Source: Sphyrna mokarran (lineage: Eukaryota). From it: DNA of 64,000 nt. Below are positions 59,501-64,000 of this stretch, piece after piece (position 1 is the stretch's first letter; every line of letters begins with the position of its first letter). A model generated the notes under the pieces. It saw only the letters and a list, made by a program, of their open reading frames with translations. It was not told the origin of the DNA and searched no databases. A program made the translations under genes and the position numbers. The stretch spans positions 14,570,001 to 14,634,000 of the forward strand of contig JAGIQG010000022.1 in assembly GCA_024679065.1 (NCBI GenBank), given 5' to 3'.

Positions 59501-62500
59501 CTGTACATTTCACACTCTTTATTTCTTACTATTCACTCACTTCCAGTCTCCAGGTGTTGCCCTCAATTCTCCTGCTTTTAGTTTTGTCATAAATCTTTCT
59601 TGTTAAAATAACTGTTTGAAAATCCAGTTAAATTATGTCAAGAGGAATTCTACTGTTTTTGTTTGCAGTGTCCCAGAAAGAATTAGACCTCATTGCAGCT
59701 CCTGAACTCAGAGTGAAATGGAAGCGACTGCCCCTGAGTGATAGAGCAAAGTGTGCACAGGATAATGAAAATCTGCAAAGGGATACAGATAGTCTAAGTG
59801 AGTGGGTGAGGGTCTGGCAGATGGAGTACAATGCTGGTAAATGTGATGTCATCTATTTTGGTAAAAGGGATGATTATTTAAATAGTAAAAAACTGCTGCA
59901 TGCTGCTGTGTAGAGGGATCTGGGTGTCCTTGTGCATGAATCACAAAAGCTTGGTTTGCAGGCGTAGTGGATAATTAATAAGGCAAACAGGATTTTGTCC
60001 TTCATTGCTAGAGGGACGGAGTTTAAAAACAGTTATGTTACAACTATATAACATGCTAATGAGGCCACACCTGGAGTAATGTGTACAGTTTTGGTCTCCT
60101 TACTTGAGAAAGGATATAATGGCACTGGAAAGGATGCAGAGAGGATTAACTAGGTTGATTCCAAAGTTGAGAGGGTTAGCTTATGAGGAGGGACTGAATA
60201 GACTGGGATTACACTGACTGGAATTCAGAAGAATGGGGAGGGGTTTCTAGAAACATATAAAATTATGAAGGGAATAGATAAGATAGAAGCAAGGAGGTTG
60301 TTTCCACTGGCAGGTAAAACCAGAACTCAGGGGCATGGCCTCAAAATAAGGGGGAACAGATTCAGGACTGAGTTGAGGAGGAACTTCTTCACCCAAAGGG
60401 TTGTGAATTGTGGAATTCCCTGTCCAGTGAAACAGTTGAGGCTACCTCATTGAATGTTTTTAAGGCAAAGATAGATACATTTTTGAATAGTAAAGGAATT
60501 AAGAGTTATGGTGAGCCCTTGGCAAGCAGAAAATATATATTAAAGATGAACCTTTGGGCCATCATAATCCTAGGAACCAAACTGGTTGTAAAATAGTTGC
60601 AATGTTCAGTGAATTAATGAATATTCTCACCAAATTAGCATTGCCTCAATATCAAGAGAGGGAGTTGCGATGTGAACATCTATCATAGCATCGGATTCCC
60701 ATGCGTGTTGACTTTATGAAACACAATTTCAAGCAAACGTCATCACCGGACTCTCCTCATCGCTTACCCTCCACTTTTACTTGGATGTAACGTTTGATCG
60801 GTTTCTCCAAGCTGACATGCTCAACCCGGCAAGTGTAGGTGACGCCATTGTCCCTGAGGGAGGCAACGAGCCTGAAGAAACTGCTCATGTTGTAGGTGCC
60901 ATCTGTGTTCCGCCGGTGGGGCGAGAAGATGATGTTGGACATGTAGACGGGCAGCATGTGCCCCTCGCCCTGCTCCCGTAGCCACCTCACCGTCACGTCC
61001 AGTGGATAATAGCGGTTTGTCTCACACATCAGCTTCTGCTCATCCCCCTCCTTCAGGGAGAGGGAATCAGGGCTCACTGAGACAATGGGTGACTCTGCAA
61101 AGGAAGCACCACACGCACAATAAATCACAACCAAACTGAACGTCCATTCACATTTTACAAGCTCGCTAACACTCAAGGATTTCCCCACCCCCAAGGCACG
61201 ATTTCCAGCAGCGGAGTCAGATCATCATTGGCCACCAACAGGATGATGTGGTCCCACTAAAGTCCAATGGTGATTTGCATTGCTGTCCCACCGTGCCACC
61301 TGAGAACGCACCACTGGAGTCCACCTCCAGCGGCACTGGAAGATTCTGCCAGTGGGAAAGGCCGGAAAATCCCACCAAAGAACTTGAAACTTTCAATCTC
61401 TTCAAATGGAATGAAATTGGAAGAATGAATCTTCCAATGTGAACATGACTCTGCAGAAGCTAGCAACTAAAAAAAACTGAAGTAGTTTTTGAAAATAATC
61501 CTTTACGGTTTTCCTCAATTGCATGGTGATATTTCCACAATCATTATGTTACACACACGTTTTAAAACACTGATGAAAAAAAGCATGTGTTTAGTGTATC
61601 TGCAAGGACCATGTTTGAGAGTGACAGGGTTCAGACTGTAATACGTATCTATGGGCGATACAGTGGCACGTTGGTTAGTACTGCTGCCTCACAACGTCAG
61701 GAACCCAGGTTCACCCCTCTGTCTATGGGTTTCTTCCGGGTACTCTACTTTCCTCCCACAGTCCTGAAAGATGTGCTGGCCGTGCTAAATTCTCCCTCAG
61801 TGTACCCGAACAGGTGCCGCAGTGTGGTGACTAGGGGGTTTTCACGGTAATTTCAGTGCAAAAATAAACAAAAAGTAGAAGTAAAATTTGTTTATTAGTC
61901 ACAAGGAGGCTTATATTAACACTGCAATGAAGTTACTGTGAAAATCCCTTAGTTGCCACACTCCAGCGCCTGTTTTTTTTTTCAAAGAACAAAACAGCAC
62001 GGGAAACAGGCCCTTCGGCCCAATGAGCCCAATGTTTGGGTACACTGAGGGAGAATTTAGTATGGCTAATGCACCTTACCAGCAGATCTTTCAGATGAAG
62101 CGTAACTGGAAAGGGCAGTTTTTGGAAGTTATGATTAAATGTGCTATCTTTTTATTTTTATTTTATTTATTATTATTGTCACAAGTAGGCTTACATTAAC
62201 ACCGCAATAAAGTTAAAGTGAAAATTGTGTAGCCGCCACACTACAACACCCGTTTGGATATAGTGAAGGAGAATTTAGCACAGCCAATACACCTTGCCAG
62301 CATGTCTTTGGACTGTGGGAGGAAACCGGAGCACCCAGAGGAAACCCATGCAGACATGGGGGGAACATGCAGACTCCGTACAGTGACAGTGCTAAGGTAA
62401 GCCGCCAATGTTCTGTTCAACACTGTTCTGTCATCCCGAATGGTTTCAAACTGTCATTTCTCTTGACCCATTCACTTACAAATGTTGACCAATTTATCGG

Positions 62501-62853
62501 ACTCGGAATCTTACCCATGATCTCCACCTCCATGGTGTGTGTTCCAAAGAGTGGAGGGACATACACAGAACACATGTAGGTTCCCTCATCATTAATGCTG
62601 ATACTTTTAATGCGAATGGAAGCATTTCCATTTTTGATTTGATCCATAAATACTTCAACTCCTTTCTCCAAGTGTTCAACCCGCTCATGTCGTCCATTGT
62701 AGGAGAACAGTTTCTTCTTGGTTCCTTTGTGTTGGTATCTCCAGTCAATATTAAAGTCAGTACTGTGATCAATCTTGTAGCCGCAGTCCAGAACAAGGTT
62801 TCGCTTGAGTTTGGTTCTAATCAGTGGGGTGCTGGTGTGCACAATGTAGCTCA
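53493..62853 (-). CDS. TAPBPL: Tapasin-family (tapasin-related / TAPBPL-type) protein, 5'-partial spliced CDS: complement(join(53493..53507,55828..55844,58480..58572,60768..61094,62515..62853))
   Basis: IgV, IgC1, TM and short tail ending KKPY*; all junctions GT-AG and phase-compatible (1-1-1-1-0). C1 motifs YYPLDVTVRW, GTYNMSS and YTCRVEHVSL resemble TAPBPR and tapasin. The symbol is family-level only. Confidence 0.8.
54886..55390. repeat. 43-bp minisatellite (~11.7 copies) expanded inside a minus-strand HE1-type SINE
   Basis: Unit ctggacactaaaggggaatttagcatggccaacccgcacatcg recurs every 43 nt from 54886 to 55359. Confidence 0.95.
55828..55844 (-). CDS. 17-nt cytoplasmic micro-exon (ITERNK)
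   Basis: Minus-strand tcctttcctttgcag|TTACAGAAAGAAACAAG|gtaagag; strong splice sites, converts phase 1 to phase 0. Confidence 0.72.
56095..56504 (+). mobile_element. Rex1/Babar-like LINE 3' end with (AAATC)n tail
   Basis: Decayed frame KLQRVV...IIKDPMHPGH...TNRLKSSFFPAAVRVLN; tail catgtgacaataataaatcaaatcaaat. Confidence 0.6.
57877..59250 (-). mobile_element. HE1-type SINEs flanking the TM exon (57877-58228, 58700-58928, 58968-59250)
   Basis: Family motifs. Confidence 0.8.
58480..58572 (-). CDS. Tapasin-like transmembrane exon (AQSQIFLFILTSVIILVICAFLVMLLIRIKN)
   Basis: Minus-strand cttccacag| ... |gtgagt; 23 uncharged, mostly hydrophobic residues followed by RIK; phase 1-1. Confidence 0.85.
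59745..60515 (+). mobile_element. CR1 LINE RT C-terminal fragment
   Basis: LQRDTDSLSEWVRVWQMEYNAGKCDVIYFG and [11 protein letters not shown] remnants. Confidence 0.88.
60768..61094 (-). CDS. Tapasin-like IgC1 domain exon (ESPIVSVSPDSLSLKEGDEQKLMCETNRYYPLDVTVRW...YTCRVEHVSLEKPIKRYIQVKVE)
   Basis: Minus-strand cctttgcag| ... |gtaagc; C1-set CxxxxYYP, W and YxCxVxH signature. Confidence 0.93.
62515..62853 (-). CDS. Tapasin-like IgV domain exon (SYIVHTSTPLIRTKLKRNLVLDCGY...WRYQHKG...GNASIRIKSISINDEGTYMCSVYVPPLFGTHTMEVEIM)
   Basis: Minus-strand acceptor tttgcatgttag| and donor |gtaaga; V-set Cys, Trp and DxGxYxC signature. Confidence 0.92.
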
Positions 62854-62949
62854 CTAACATGCAAAAAGAAAAGGCTATTTATCTTGCATTTTGCAATAAT
62901 TAATTATTATTCGTACCCAAGATAAAACCACTTAAAATCCTATTTTCCT

Positions 62950-63605
62950 CATAGAATAGAATCATAGAATCCCTACAGTGCAGAAGAAGGCCATTCAGCC
63001 CATTGAGCCTGTACTGACAACAATCCCATCCTATCCCCGTAACTCCATATATTTACCCTACTAATCCCCCTGACAGTAAGGGGCAATTTGGCATGGCCAA
63101 TCAATCTAACCAGCATATCTTTCGGACTGTGGAAGGAAACTGGAGCACCTGGACGAAACCCACACAGACACGGGGAGAAACTGCTGACTCCACACAGACA
63201 GTCACATAAGATTGACTGTGCCACCCATCATTTCACAAATCCAGTCACGTGTGGCACAGTGGTTAGAACTAGTGCCTCATAATGCCAAGATGCCAGGTTC
63301 AATTCTGACCTCAGGTGACTGTCTGTGCAGAGTCTGCACATTCTGTCTATATCTGCGTGGGTTTCCTCCGGGTGCTCCAGTTTCCTCCCACACTCCAAAA
63401 ATGTGCTGGTTAGATGAATTGACCATGCTAAATTCTCCCTTAATGTCCCAAGATGTGTAGATTAGATGGATTAATTATAATAAATGTGTGTGGTTACAGG
63501 GATAGGGTATTCGAAAAGGCCTGGGTAAGATACTCAGTAAGGGAGAGTAAATGTTGATGCGATGGGCCGAAAGGCCTCCTGCAGCGTACAGATTCTATGA
63601 TTCAT
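62950..63605. mobile_element. Head-to-head inverted HE1-type SINE pair (-62950-63205, +63247-63605)
   Basis: Family motifs. Confidence 0.82.
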
Positions 63606-63683
63606 TATGTTACATGGCTACTTACTTTGTTCACCCACATGAATATTGATGGTTCTACTCCATAGAAGGCAGACATATTCCAT

Positions 63684-63859
63684 CACACACGCATATATGC
63701 ATGCACACATGCACGTGTACACACGTGCACACACTCATACATATGCACACACACATGCATGCATGCACACATACATGAGCGCACACATGCATGCGCACAC
63801 ATGGGCATGCACACACCAGTACATGCGTATACACGCTTGCACAAACACACATGTGCGCG

Positions 63860-63914
<55 letters not shown>
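63684..63914. repeat. Degenerate (CA/TG/CG/TA)n purine-pyrimidine tract ending in pure (CA)n
   Basis: Directly visible. Confidence 0.95.
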
Positions 63915-63915
<1 letters not shown>

Positions 63916-64000
63916 AATATTTTTTTTTTTGCAGCACTCTCTCTGAAATTATTCCGAATTGGTTTGCATTTGAACATTACCTTGAACTAACAGAGTGTCG

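Noticed and set aside
60757-61194. Stand-alone 145-aa ORF, or an MHC class I/II or immunoglobulin constant gene
   Set aside because: Only 60768-61094 is exonic. The upstream V-set exon, YYPLDV motif and KKxx tail fit the tapasin family better than MHC or Ig.
63646-63990. His/Thr- or Cys/Val-rich ORFs
   Set aside because: Artefacts of the (CA)n microsatellite

Overview
This is vertebrate genomic DNA, not prokaryotic. The repeat content (HE1-type V-SINEs, CR1 LINE 3' ends, Deu-domain SINEs, Penelope-like fragments) points to an elasmobranch (shark), though the species cannot be determined here. Two intron-rich genes converge tail to tail. (1) On the + strand is the 3' part of a RAP1GAP2-type Rap1 GTPase-activating protein gene: 15 coding exons from 281 to the TAG at 31060-31062, all GT-AG and phase-compatible, 487 aa in this window. 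A probable non-coding last exon runs from 34801 to a poly(A) region near 41300. (2) On the - strand is the 3' part of a tapasin-family gene: an IgV exon, an IgC1 exon, a transmembrane exon, a 17-nt micro-exon and a final exon ending KKPY-stop; its 5' exons lie beyond 64000. Most ORFs in the supplied track are spurious read-throughs of repeats. The most unusual observations are a ~305-bp multi-hairpin element with two U2-snRNA-derived heads inserted into a CR1 tail (44511-44815), the mixed tapasin/TAPBPR features of the tapasin-like protein with a possibly splice-switchable ER-retrieval tail, hammerhead-core-bearing fold-back Penelope-like insertions, and a very recent 557-bp tandem duplication. 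Comparisons with human proteins and repeat consensi are from memory, and repeat boundaries are approximate.
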